NCBI GenBank assembly: GCA_964187785.1
Contig: OZ076409.1
Location: 16,742,001 to 16,806,000, forward strand
DNA length: 64,000 nt
Direction of reading: 5' to 3'
DNA from: Amphiscolops sp. MND2022
Taxonomy: Eukaryota
The notes under the pieces are model-generated. The model did no database searches and had not been told where the DNA came from. It saw nothing but the letters and a program-made list of their open reading frames with translations. A program made the translations under genes and the position numbers. Shown here piece after piece: positions 37,583 to 50,735 of the stretch. Numbering within the stretch: the stretch's first letter is position 1; every line of letters starts with the position of its first letter.

Positions 37583-40500
37583 GTTGCGTGAATGGTTTGA
37601 CACAATTCAACTACATGAGCGACCTAACGTCAAAGGGAGTTCTGGGAACCGCCACAAGAAAGGTAACACTGGAAATTGAAAACGAAGTGGCTGACTTATA
37701 ATAAACAAAAGAACCTGTATCAGCCTGGATTTGCTGTGTTCAGTGAATGGCTAAATGATATAGCAGAAGTGCAAGATGAACTGATTATTTCTTCAAACCC
37801 GAATGCTGTTTGTCGAGCTACATGGAGCGCGAAGTCGAGCTACATGGAAAAGCCGAAGGCTCCACGCTTGCAACATCAGCAACAAACACAGCAAAAGACA
37901 ATTCGAAGAACCAGAGAGAGTGTATGTTGAAAGACGGCAATCATCCTTAGGGGAAATGTGAAAAATTCAAGAAGAAGAACGTCGAAGAAAGAGGACAGGA
38001 GGCAATAGAGTTGAGAAAGTTCTTCAGTTGTTTGTCAGACGCACATCGGATGAGACCTTGCTCTGGTAGACACTGCGATGTAATTGGTTGCGGGAAACCT
38101 CATCACAGATTGCTACATCGACCATACAACAACGTGGAACAAAAACAAAACGTTGAAAATGTCGAGGAGGTCTCCAACCTGTCCTCAATAACGAGAAGCA
38201 GTGGTGTGCTTCCAGTCGTTCTAGTAACGATTCCAAGTGGAAGCAAAACTCTGAAAGCGTTTGCTTTGTGCGATTCTGGAGCTAGTCTTTCGTTTGTGGA
38301 CGAGAGTCTGATGAAAACGCTAAATCTGACGGGCCAACTAGTGGATTTGAATGTTGCAGGGATTCATGGAACGTCAGATGTCAGTAGCAAAAAACTTCGA
38401 ATCAACGTTTTGATCAAGAACGAAAGGTCAATGAAAACATCACTGTCTATTGTCATCCCAATGTGAACGCGGAGATTTGAACGTTCAACCTCAAGAAATT
38501 GAAGGAAACATACCATCACATGTCAGTTTCGGAAGATTCTACCATCAACTTGGGAGATGAGAAAGTCATCTTGGGACAAGATTGTTGTCACTTGCACAGA
38601 GGAACAGAATATAGACAATGTGGCAACGCAAAGCTGTGGGCAGTGCGAAAGAAGCTGGGAAGGATGCTCAGTGGACCCTTACCTCAACAAAAAGTGCGAA
38701 ACTCGCAATCAAAAGCTTCTACGCAGCAGAACTGGACCCTTTAGTGGGTCAAATGAAAACTCGGTGGATCATGGGATTGTATGCCCCCAATTGCAGTGTA
38801 TCCGCGAGGTCCAAGGCAAATAAGAAGTTTTCACCGGACATTTTCGCTGTAGAACGCAATTGGCAGAATGTCAGCACTGAAACCTTCCTCGTAGAACTCG
38901 AACAAGTCTGTCAAGAAGATATGCAACTTGTTGCAGGCGACCATAACATGCTCAAACAAGAACAGAACAAGGAGTTCTCGATTACAGAAGAAAAGAACGA
39001 ACATGAACGTGTTGCAATTACATCAAACTACGGAACAATTTAATGGAACGCTTGATTTGCTCAAACAGAGTATAGATGTCGCCTCTGTACAACCGCATGT
39101 AAAAGAGAAAGAAGTATTCAACTCAATTGCAAGCAATGAATGTTACTGTCAACACTCTAACACTTGAAGAATGAAAAAAGTGTTCTCAATTGGACATAGA
39201 AATTCGTGTATTAGTGCCAAATTGAATTTCATGAAGTTCCAAGTGGCCCAGCAATTTATCGAAGACCCTTCAGTGGTTTGTTGGAACGAGACCAACCGGC
39301 TGAGGAGACCGCGAGTAATGAAACAAAATCCGTAAATGTGTCTTTTTGGAAAAAAAACATGACGTTGATTTGAACGAAAAACTGCTGGACAAACTCATTC
39401 CAAACGACAATGAAATTTGTAACAATTGGTTAGGTAATGGAAATTCGGGATAGGTTGCAATGGCACAAGCTAACACTAATGCGTACACCCAACTAAGAAA
39501 TGGCAACCGCAAGCAATTCGAGAAACCAGCATGGAAGTTTGAACATAGCTCAAACCGATTACATGGAAAGATCGAAAGCGTTCAATTGATTCCTACAGGC
39601 ATCCAAAATATAAAGCTTTTGAAAGATAAATTTAACAAAATATCGCTTTTGGAAATGCGATTGGGTTCCACAAAAGCATGAATATAAACAAAATCGGAAA
39701 AGGGGCCTTGCATGGGAAGAAATGATGATGCAACTTGAATCCTTTGGAAAATGGAACAAAGAAGACGTTAGACAACTGGAAGTCATTGATTTGGTTTGCC
39801 TAGTGTACGAGATTGTAAAAAGAGCTGGCTACAAGATGTCAAGAGTTTTAAAATACTATATGGAAGCGATGGGCAAGTGAGATCAGTAGTGGTGAAAACT
39901 GAAGATGGAAATCTCAAAACACCAGTGGTGAAACTGGCACCCTTGTTTTACGAAAGTGCTTTTCGGTAGAAAAACAGGGCCGGCAATGTTGACGCTAGTC
40001 ATCAGCAAGCAAAGCAAGTCGATTCGATTTGGAACATGGTGGTTGAGAAACAAGACATAAACTCTTGAAAACTTACAAGAAATTCTGAAGAAATATCAAG
40101 TGTGACAAAAGTTCAAAACCCACCAAATGGGTTTCCTCAAAGACTTTTAGTCGTAGAGCCATGAAACTTGGTACACATATGCAAGGCCTAACACAAACAC
40201 ACCAGCTGAGTTTCAAGGTCATTGCCCGCTTTTAAATGTCATTTATTTATACTTACATATATGTTCTTATATTTACTGTAGAATTGTAGGCGATATCTAT
40301 ACCTTTATTAGATAGAGATTTTCTCCACAGAATCGCTATAGTCAAGTTTGGTCTTAGGACCATGAGACTAATTATTCAACTTCTCAATCTCCACAACTTT
40401 TCGCTAGAGTTAGAGCGATAAGTAGCTACTCTCACAATTGGAGAGACGGAGCGCGTGAAGATACAGTGAGGGAAGTGTGTTACGGATCACATCGGATTCA

Positions 40501-41336
40501 AACAAGTGCAAAACGGGATCGCACGAGCTTCCACGGGTCACATCGGACCCACCAGTCAAACGATACAGTCCTTTAAAAGCACAAGAAAACCAGTAATTGT
40601 TTAATAACGGTCCACAGTACTAAGCAACGGATCAGGGGGGCGTAAAGCTTGTCAAGTCTCAGCGCAGGATAAGGGCAAGCAGCCGTTACACTGCCCTTCG
40701 TTGAAGCCGACGACTATTTTTTTTTGGGATTTTGTTCGGATTAATGTCCCTTCGCGCTCCCCTCTTGTCTTTGATAGTGGAATCTGAGCTCCAGAGACAC
40801 CAACAGAACCAAAATCAGCAACCATTGGTGCATGGGGACCAAAAACAACCGGTCCCAGTTGTCAAGAATTCGGTGGTTGAGACAAACATCCTTGTGCGAA
40901 AAAATAGGAGAAACAGTACCGAATAACACACACAACCTTGTCCGTCTCTGAAATCTCAATGCAGATCCTGACGAACGTGCGAGTAGATTAAATTCCAGGG
41001 CGCAAACGATGAATATTCATGAAAGACTTACCCGCATAATTACTTTCATTTCACCGAGACAATCTTTTGTCAACGCTTCGCCAGAATTGAAGCTGAGGTC
41101 TTCAGTAAATCATAGACCATCCTCATAAAACAGATTAGACTAGCGATTCAAGGGACACACGATGTGTTCACTCCACGCATCAAACTCGCGCAATTCTGCA
41201 AGTTTATTTACTTTTTCCACAGGGCTCCAGTCGAAGAAAAACATTTGTACGTAGTTGCAGCAACTGTAAGTGACTATTGTCACTCAGACGCGTAAAATCA
41301 ACGAATAACCATTATCAACTACTGTCAATATGACGT
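37583..41336 (+). repeat. Second copy of a ~3.74-kb tandem duplication (first copy 33845-37584): BEL 3' half, LTR (39987-40690) and ~650 bp of flank
   Basis: gttgcgtgaatg at 33845 and 37583. Colinear match ends at tatcaactactgtca..tgacgt (37584 / 41336). Confidence 0.97.
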
Positions 41337-41749
41337 AATGGAATTCAGTGTGCCTGCTTAACACATTCCCAATCACAGCAAGTCAAACGAAGTAGGTATC
41401 CTAACCTTTTCTTTGCTTTATAAATTACAACAATGAATAATATCTCTGAATTCATAACAGAGTCTCACAATGAAGAAGTCTAACTGGGTATACCGCTGGG
41501 ACACTTGATTCCACGTCACTACCTATTCCGAGGAGCATCAAATCTCCATGTTGACGAATTTCACAAAGTAATATAAGTTTTGAAAAAATGTCACCAACAC
41601 TTATTACACTACATCAATCACACACCAACACTTTCTTCTACTGCTCTCGAAAATAAAGGCTCCCATTTTTGTCCTACGATATACCATCAAAATACAATTA
41701 AAAAAGCAAACAACCAAAACCATCACACATCATCCATTTTCCTATTCAA

Positions 41750-42766
41750 CCTTCTCTTCTTTTAACATTCAAAACTTCAATCAACGTAGTCATATTTTTG
41801 CATCAACTCCTCTTTCTTTTTCCAGCACACACTTCAGCTCCGCCTTTATTTGTCTTCAAGTGTACCAAAAGACGAAATCTGAACCAAGTCGCTGCGCGGT
41901 TGTAATTCAGAAAACTCTGCAACTTTTTCACCTTCAAAATGAAAAAATCGGCTATTTTGAAGTTCCCGCCACTAATAATAATATCACACCATAAATCCTT
42001 TCTATTATACCTCTTTGAACCCAAACGTCCTGTCCGTCATTCCTCAATCCAAAAAACTAATATTTAAATCAATATTTCACAACTCTCTCAAAGAATAAAA
42101 CAAACCTTCCTCCTTCACCACTTTCACCAGAAACTCCACAACTCCTCCAAATTGATATTCTAAAACCATGTTTTTGATGATGATTACTTGCAACTCTGTT
42201 CTATTTCAGTCAAATACCAACATTTCTTCGCCACTCATTGTAACGATAATGGTACAATTGCTACACATTTTAGGATACGTCCTAAACGTAACGCTAAAGA
42301 ATATTTGGCTCCACTCCATCGGTAAATTCAATTTATGGAACTAAATCTCAATCCACTACTTTTTATCCTTGAAAGGAGATACAATTAAACTTGTCCTTGA
42401 TGCTAGACGTTTGAGGTATTCCTTCTTTTTTTAACTCATTGACCGAGTTTTGCACTTATTTACATTGACGATATCCCTAACTTAGCCCACACCAAAACTC
42501 ACAAGCTGGAATTCATTTAACGCTTACACCAAAGTTGTAGTTCATAAAAAAACTATAATCCTAAAAATGCCCAAAAAAAATCATATTATATAATCTTTAC
42601 AGTAACATTCCTTCGACACAAAAATTAAAAAAACTATTATACCCGTTTTTTTCAAAGTTGATGGTATTCATAAGTTAAAAACTCCAAAATTGAATTGATG
42701 CGGTTCACTGGCTTATTAAACAAGCAAAGTTATTAAACAAACTCCATATCTTACTTGAATTTTGTA
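41750..42766 (+). mobile_element. Gypsy pol fragment (RT), G-poor family
   Basis: LKGDTIKLVLDARRL (~42370), YIDDI (~42460), VTFLRH (~42602). Ends at the gap. Confidence 0.75.
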
Positions 42767-42966
42767 NNNNNNNNNNNNNNNNNNNNNNNNNNNNNNNNNN
42801 NNNNNNNNNNNNNNNNNNNNNNNNNNNNNNNNNNNNNNNNNNNNNNNNNNNNNNNNNNNNNNNNNNNNNNNNNNNNNNNNNNNNNNNNNNNNNNNNNNNN
42901 NNNNNNNNNNNNNNNNNNNNNNNNNNNNNNNNNNNNNNNNNNNNNNNNNNNNNNNNNNNNNNNNNN
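42767..42966. other. Assembly gap (200 N), followed by a (TA)n tract
   Basis: Fixed-length N run; tatata tract at ~42987-43027. Confidence 1.
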
Positions 42967-44439
42967 ACATATAATCAAATTTGTAAATATATATATATAT
43001 ATATATAGAAAATATATATTTATATATCAACTTTATATCTTCTTTGTATATTTTCTCTCACACTCTACACCTATTGAGCAAACTGATCCTGATAATTATC
43101 TTCCAACCTCCAATGACCCTGACACTATGAATCTCATGGCTTCCCATCTTGCCATTATGACTATGAAAATAACCATGACTTAAAACATTTCAACCTCTTA
43201 AGCGTTACACAATCGACAGAAACTCAAAAATATGACATTCGAGTGTTGAGGCCCGGGTTTTTGTCATTGCATAATCTAAACGTATCAAAATTTTCAATTG
43301 TGAATCTGTTTTCAAGGCTCTGAAAAATACAATCGCGTAGATAGAATAGTTTGGAACCAAAATACATTATTGCCTTCTGTTAGTCTTGACCCCTTATAAT
43401 GTAACAACCTTAAAAGACATCTCAATGGAACAAACAATAACATATTGAACGTATTGAATAACTTTCATTACAATGGAAGGTTTTTCTTTTTTAGACCCAT
43501 ATTTCCATTTTCAAACCCCATTGACAGTTTACAATTTTTTTACTATGTACACTGGTACTTTTAGGTAGATGCCAAACAAAAAAGAACGGCTTTTTGATCC
43601 TTTAAAGAATTCTTTTCATAACTGCCCTGCATATCACGAGTTTGAAGAGAAACTACTTAGTGGGAGACATATAGTAAAAATTAGTAATGTGAACTGACAG
43701 CAAACGTTATGGTTATAGATGGACATAGATTACCACGTTAATTGCAGATGCTTTCTGCAAACTAAGGCCAGCATAAAATCAAGCGCGTGAACAAGCGTGA
43801 TTTTCTAGCCAATCAGAGCGCTTCGTGTCATGTCGTGATTTTTGAACGGATTATGATTGGCGGAATTTGAAATAACAATTCTCTAATATTCTACAAAATT
43901 GAATATTATAGAACAATGAAAGGAACTAGAAAATGGCGTACAATGACAGTTGTGAAGTGATCTGAGCCACTTGATTGGTGAAATGAAACTACAGTTTCTA
44001 TACTATATTACTATTTCTTCCATTCAAAATTACATACTACAAAATTCAGTCTGAACTGTACATCATTGATTAGCCCTAACTGTTATAACAATTTTAAATA
44101 CTCTGTTATTTTCTAAGATGTTTGGTATTTTCGGCTAGAAATGGATCAAATTTCTGTTTCTGAAGAGGTATTGAAAAACCGGAAAATGCTTCATTCGACA
44201 CAATTATCAGCAAAATATGGAACAAACAACAAATTGTGAACACACTGAAAAAGTTCCAGCTGGACTACAACAATGATTTTGCTCCAATATTTTGTCCGTG
44301 ATTTTTGCGTGAACTTCAAATAACAAAAGCGTGAATAAGTGCGTGATGTTTGGGCATATTCGGGCGTGATTCGTTGCTGGGACTACAGCAAACATACAAT
44401 TCAAACTCTCGTACTCTTGTTTGATTCAGCAATGGCTTT

Positions 44440-44895
44440 TATTAATTCTTCTACAGGGTTTTGTAGGCAGAATGACAAAAATTGAAGAACGTAAATGGAT
44501 AGAATCTGACTCATTTATACTCTTCAATTCCAAAGAATTGTGAAACCACTTGAGGCAAAAAAGGAACACCCTACCTTTATATAAATGCTCCACGTACACA
44601 AAAACTACAACATCCTAGTCCTTCTGGTTTTGAACTCTTTCCCCATGGTCAAACTGTTTGTGGTAACTCTGAAACTCTTTATTCTACACTTTACTCCATT
44701 CTCTTTGCAACATACAAAGGTTTGAATATGAATACAGGATGATAGAATCCCCATTTTGATATCAGTGAAAATATCTCAGGAAAGGTGGTATTAGGCAATA
44801 CAAAAAATCAATTTACCTTTCCTGCTTTCAACGGATCAAACAATTTTGCTAATATTGATTATGATGCTCTTATCATAACAAAAAGAGACTATGTG
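44440..44895 (+). pseudogene. Second, diverged fragment of the env-like glycoprotein ORF
   Basis: Colinear with 4610-5055: LQGFVGRMTKIEERKWIE vs LQEFVGRLTKIEDRQWIE; FELFPHGQTVCG vs IEFFPHAQTFCC; NIDYDALIITKRDY vs ND*DAHIDTKMEN. Confidence 0.8.
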
Positions 44896-45599
44896 GATGG
44901 CACTACGCAACAATGAACGGAAGGAGTGAGTCAAGCGAAGTAGACGTTGATCAAGTAGACGAAGAGTCAAAGCGAGACCGTTTTTTAGAGTGAACAAAGT
45001 CCAAAACTGATTGGGTCTAAAAATTAATCTGCAACTAAACAAAGAGTGCAATGTCACTGCAATGCTTTTGTACATTCTATTATCACCTACTCAGATAAAA
45101 TAATTAACCACTTTTCCGCCCTCAATAGTTTGACAGAAAAACGGAGGAACTTCTTCTAAACAACCTTTTTTGGTCTGAAAACTAGTTCATGCACTTATCC
45201 ATACAACTCCAGCTCATGCAGGTATTTGGTCTCAATCCGTTTTTTTTCGAAAAAGTATTGTCGTTACAAAGTGGAAGAGTCCCATTTGAATCTTTGGTTA
45301 ACCTTTAAAATTTTGACAACATGAACAAAGGACTTTTCCACTAAAAATATAACAAGGACATGAAATCTTTGTTTGATTTCGTTTTCTATTCTTGAATAAA
45401 GTCGCACACTGCCACAAAAAGGATTTAGGATTGATGAATACTACTTTTTCAGCAGAAAACCACCCCACAACAGCTTTAGTGTCTACACTTTTCAGGCAAA
45501 AATAGTATGCAAGCTTAGGAATAACTCACGAGCAGTCTTTTTGAGATGGCTCCAATTAACACAAAATATCACACAACGGAACAACAAAGTGAGCACTCC

Positions 45600-47480
45600 T
45601 AAAGGCTCCCATATCCAACCACGCAGTTCTCCAACTATTACGCTGAAGTCAGGACGCCCCCAAAAAGACTTCTGAATGAATCCGGAGTACGCCGTCAGCT
45701 TTGACGAGGCCCTCATTTCAAACTCTTGAGCAGATACGATATCCAAATCAGATACGAACACGTCAAAAAGTGGAAACTTTGTTACACATGCTTAGGGCTA
45801 CACTCTTTCAAAGATTGTAAATCGGACACAACCAGCTGCATCGATGATTGTCAACGACGATATCTCACGTTGTTCACTGTGGTCACCAGACAGCGGCTTC
45901 TTCCGCCGTCAACACCCAACGTCACTTGCATGGAATCGTACCCATTGCCCCAGTGACTGTTTTCTTACAGCAACAACTAACTTTCGACACACGCCGAATT
46001 TGCCTCTGCGAGGAGGAATCAACACAATCGCAGAAGTTTATGTCGCGACAATACAATGATTCATTGGGCCATGCAACTCCTAAGTTTTTGTGTTTTCAAG
46101 GGCAACACTGAACGCTCAAACAGCACAACCAGCATCTCACATCTCACGTTGTCAGCAGCATCCTCATTTCGACCTTGAAAAGTTTCTTCAACTGTCATTT
46201 CTATGCCGTATCACTTCTGATCGGAGTTGACTCATACGATCTGATCGGCAGTCGTGAAGTCAATCATGCACCACTTGTTACACCAAAAGCACGGCACATG
46301 TTTCTTGGATGGGCGATAGTAGGAAATAGCTGACATCAATTACCAACAACTGCACAGACACTGCTTGTCCGGACTCCAACAAGGATCGAAAAACTTTTTC
46401 AGCAAGTTCAAATGTGGATGCGTTAATTCAATGAGGGTGGTTCGTCAACCAAGAAAATTTTTTCAGGCCATTATCGCTGCACCGAGAAAAGTGGTCAGTC
46501 AACAAAACCTGAGAGTGAAGGTCGCTATCAAATTGGTCCCTCAGGGAACAAAACTTTGACCTTCAAAAAATTCGGTGGATTACCGCACCTCAACTATCCA
46601 GCCTCGAACAACGTTCGGAGAACGATTCAAACTTCTCATAACTATACCAGAAAACAATCGATGAAGATGCTGCCAAACGTTCCAATGTTCAAGCACCGTC
46701 CAACGACACAACCGTAAAAAGCTGGCACCTTTTGCACCATCCATTTACCAACATTCACAAACCTGGCAAGGGTCACCGAGTGACAATCGCCAGCATCGAC
46801 TTAAGAAGAAAATCACTCCATACCGACTAACTTTCGGGACCATACTTTCTTTGCAACCTCGTAGGACTAGTAATGCGCTTCTAAGTACACAGAGTCGCGA
46901 TACCTGCAGATATCAAGAACATGTTCAAGAGCATGCAAGTCCTCGTGGACACTAAAGACAGATTTTTTCTACGCTTCTCGTGGAGGGACGACAGAATTTT
47001 GGCAAATATGAAAGCACCCGACACATTTTTGGGGTAACTGAGTCACCCTATGTTGCCTGCTACGCTGTGCAATGGTGTGCCAGCGGCAATGAACAGGTTC
47101 ATCCCGACAAAGAAACATTCATTTGGACGATCTTCATCTTTTTACCAACAGATGAAGAAGCCACAGGTGCAGTAAATAATATACAGAATAAACATGAGGA
47201 TTCAGTTTGACAAAACGGAGTTCCAATAGTCGTAACTTGTTCGAAGGTTTGAATTCGGGACTGCGAGCTGCAGGGGTGCCGAGTGCGACATTTTGATTAA
47301 CATGACAAGTCCTAAGAAAGCCATCGGACCGAGAAAACGATTTCTACTTCATACAACCTGACATCTATCGAAATGTCAAAGACATACAAACACTCACTCA
47401 ACGCAGTTCATTGAACTTCACCTAATCGCTTTCCAACTGTTTAGGATTCAAAGCACAACTGACGATTCGCTTGCGAGAAA
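45600..47480 (+). mobile_element. Degenerate BEL/Pao element (gag knuckle and RT)
   Basis: KLCYTCLGLHSFKDC...CIDDCQRR (45775-45860). RT motifs WHLLHHPFTNIHKPGK, VAIPADIKNMF, FLRFSWR, RHIFGVTESPYVACYAV (46720-47090). Confidence 0.85.
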
Positions 47481-48555
47481 GCGTTTTCCGCAGTAGCGTA
47501 TATACGAACGACGGATGTCCAATGTGCAAAAAAGTTCTGAAACAGGGGGACTGTCTGGTCTTTGTAGATGTTTTCAAATCGTCCAAAAACTTGACAAGGG
47601 TACCTTTTGGGCTGTTTGGTTATGCTTCAGATCTTGAGAGTAAAGTGCAAAACCTGAAAGACTTAGCGTTATTTCGACCGTATCCAAACTATTAACATTT
47701 TGGCCAAGATATGCGTGAATTATTTTTGAACGTTTTTATAAGGGTCAAATTACGCTAGGAGATCTGAAAAAAAGCAACTAAAAGCAAAATTTCGAAACAA
47801 ACCCTCAGCTGATAAAATTCTGCAGAAAATTGGAGAGCTTTCGATTTTTTTTAAAACAAAAGAATTCTTAGTTTTCAAAAAACGGGAGAAAAGCGGAGTT
47901 GGGTAAAGTCATATATATTCGGAAAAGAAGAAAAATTGGAACTTCGATTGCAAAACCTGATAACAAATGGTGTCACTGCCCTCGCTTTAATTTTCAAAGA
48001 CATTGCTAGAGAGAAGTAGAAACGCTGTTTCGTTTGTTTTACCAAATCGGTGTTTAAAATGTTCCAAGAATGGTTTTGTACTTTTTGTCATCATGATCCT
48101 CTCCATCACTTTCAGAGACGAATACCATCTTGCTTTTTGGTGATGAAAAAAGTTTTCAAGTGCATTTATTTTTGATTGAAAACTAAGCTCCACCGATCCC
48201 TGAACTCAATGAAATCTTGAAAGAACCAATTCAAAAAGCAAACTCTTTAATCTTGAGCTGAATGTAGGCATACCGTGATGCAAAAACTTTTGCAACAACA
48301 TCAAGCAAAGACTTCAAGTTCTTTTGTTAAAACTATATTGCTGAGATTTTCGGTCGGCTTAGCATAATTCTGATCTCGCAAAACTTTGTTCGACAGAGCG
48401 AATTCAAAATTAATTTTAAAATGACACTCAAGAGTTTCGAGTGGTCTTTAGAATGGCAAGCCTTCGAGCACTCCTTTCGAGTTTTTCATTTTTGGTACTG
48501 AATTAATCAAGAAGTTTAATTGTTCTGTATTTGTGCTGTATTACTTACGCCAACA

Positions 48556-49563
48556 ATGAAACGAATCAAGTTGGGTGGGATTGTTGAAAGTTCTCATTTG
48601 GGATTAGGATGCATGTCTCTGTCTCCTAACATCTACAAACCCCCCGATGATTACACGGACGAGCATGGAATCAAGGTAATCAGAAGGGCCATAGAGTTGG
48701 GAATAACCCATTTGGACTCTGCTTTGATTTACGGCGTTGGACATAACGAGACTTTGGTGGGAAAAGCAATCGCTGGATTATCCAAAGACGAGCGCGTCAA
48801 GTTGTGTGTCGCAACAAAAACCGGTTTCGACATCTCATCTGATGGTTCAATCAAGGTCAGTGGTGAACCTGAGTTCATCCGAAGAACCGCCCATGAATGC
48901 GCTGCAAGACTGGGAACATATATCGACATATTTTATTTGCACCGTATCGACACTAGCACCCCTATCGAAGAAACCATGAAGGTGTTGAAAGAATTGGTAC
49001 AATCTGGACTCATAAGAGCAATCGGGCTGAGCGAGGCTTCTGCACAAACTATTGCCCGAGCGCACGCTGTTCACCCCCTCGCGGCAGTTCAGATTGAATG
49101 GTCGTTGTGGTCCCGAGACGCCGAAGAAGATGTCATTCCCATGTGTAGGAAACTGGGAATCGGCATAGTCGCTTATTCCCCGCTAGGACGAGGAATGTTG
49201 ACTGGTGCCATCAAAAACCGAAACGATCTCAAAGAAGGTGACTGGCGTCTCAACAACCCCCGTTTCCAAGAAGAGGCTGTGGAGAAAAACAGGAAACTTG
49301 TGGAAAAAATGGAAGAAATGGCAAAGAGGAAGGGCGGCAATTGCACACCTGCAAAACTAGCCCTGGCTTGGGTGCTGGCTCAAGGTGATGACGTAGTGCC
49401 TATACCAGGAACCTCCAAGATTGAGAACTTGGAAAAAAACGCCGACGTGGTCAACTACCAATTGACCCGGGAGGAAATAGAGACTTTGAACAGTTTCTTC
49501 CCTCCAGAACACGTGGTTGGAGACAGATATGAGGCAAACATGATGACATTTAAAGGAAACTGA
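48556..49563 (+). CDS. Aldo-keto reductase (AKR13-like; plant auxin-induced/perakine reductase and bacterial AKR type), 335 aa, intronless
   Basis: Intact ORF from caacaATG to TGA. Motifs LGLGCMSLS, catalytic tetrad LDSALIYG (D,Y), VATK (K), YLHRID (H), IGLSEAS, VQIEWSLW, VAYSPLGRG, LALAWVLAQG..VVPIPGT. Confidence 0.95.
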   Translation: MKRIKLGGIVESSHLGLGCMSLSPNIYKPPDDYTDEHGIKVIRRAIELGITHLDSALIYGVGHNETLVGKAIAGLSKDERVKLCVATKTGFDISSDGSIKVSGEPEFIRRTAHECAARLGTYIDIFYLHRIDTSTPIEETMKVLKELVQSGLIRAIGLSEASAQTIARAHAVHPLAAVQIEWSLWSRDAEEDVIPMCRKLGIGIVAYSPLGRGMLTGAIKNRNDLKEGDWRLNNPRFQEEAVEKNRKLVEKMEEMAKRKGGNCTPAKLALAWVLAQGDDVVPIPGTSKIENLEKNADVVNYQLTREEIETLNSFFPPEHVVGDRYEANMMTFKGN

Positions 49564-49857
49564 ACGAAACGTTTAATGATTAGGTAACAAAAAGCTTGGA
49601 ATCCCAAATAACGAATAATTGAAAAGAGTTAAAGCTGGTTTCTTTCCTGTGTGAGGTTTTGAAGTAGAGATAACAAAATGATGATTGTTTAAATTTTGTT
49701 TCAGTTCACCTAGCAGAATCAGCAGTAAGTAAGAAACTATTTTATCAGGCCATTTTGATCGGCGTCTTTCAAAAAAGTGGCAAGTGTTTTCCCTACATGT
49801 TTTTGTAGTGCTTCCATGTGCTTATATATAAGTACATGCCAAAGCAGCAATGAGTAC

Positions 49858-50430
49858 AAAGAAGCCGGGAACGGCCAAAGTCGGCGCCCCACTCAAGTTT
49901 TTTTCTTTACAAAAACAAGTTTCTTGAATATGAAAATACTCGAAAACCAGTTTTCCCAAACTGGAACCAAAAAAACATTTTTCGAAATGTTTTTTTTTCG
50001 AAAGTTTTTGTCTGGAAAAAGTCTCACAGTACGGCAAAGGGAGCTTTGAACTCGGAAAACAATTTTTCCAAGCCGACGGCATCTATGAAAATGAAGGTAC
50101 TCTTTGACCAAACAAAATTTTCTTTAGAAAAAAGTCACAGTGTCGGAAATTAATTAATTGTCATTTCCACAATTACTGAGAGACCTCTCATCCGCTCCAC
50201 TGGACCAAATAAATATCAATCATAATATTTATCAATCAGTATCTCCGTTTGGACTCTGAAAAGTGTTTCCCTCTCAAAAAACCTCTAAAAAACAAAAATG
50301 GAAAAAGATTCGGGAAACTGCACGACAATTTTTCCACAATCTCTGTAAGTCTCATTGCGCCGAAGAAATGCTTGCGAAACTGCGAAACGTAAAAAACCAA
50401 AAGCACTTCAATTGAAGAAATTGGAGCGCT
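49858..50430 (+). mobile_element. Non-autonomous repeat related to 15685-16268
   Basis: Head aagccgggaacggccaaagtcggcgcc. Right end uncertain. Confidence 0.45.
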
Positions 50431-50593
50431 TTTTGTGAACTAATGCCTCCTACTTAATAAAACACAGCTTAATTCGGATATTGGGCAATAATTTCGAACC
50501 TCCGCTGCTTTCTTATTAAAACGCAATTTACTTCGACTAAACGTCAAACATTCGGAAATAGCGTGATCAGACAAATGAGAGCGCATTTTTGAA

Positions 50594-50735
50594 CCTCCTC
50601 CTCCTCCTCCTCCTCCTCCTCCTCCTCCTCCTCCTCCTCCCCCTCCTCCTCCTCCTCCTCCTCCTCCTCCTCCTCCTCCTCCTCCTCCTCCTCCTCCTCC
50701 TCCTCCTCCTCCTCCTCCTCCTCTTCCTCCTCCTC
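50594..50735. repeat. (CCT)n/(GGA)n microsatellite, ~140 bp
   Basis: Nearly pure trinucleotide run. Confidence 0.99.

Noticed and set aside
43790..44020. Clustered CCAAT/ATTGG motifs as a gene promoter or Crypton-like end
   Set aside because: No linked gene or recombinase ORF; too little evidence for a call.
48520..48555. N-terminal extension of the AKR (TTG start, possible signal peptide)
   Set aside because: Non-ATG start; family homology begins at the ATG at 48556, which has a good caacaATG context.
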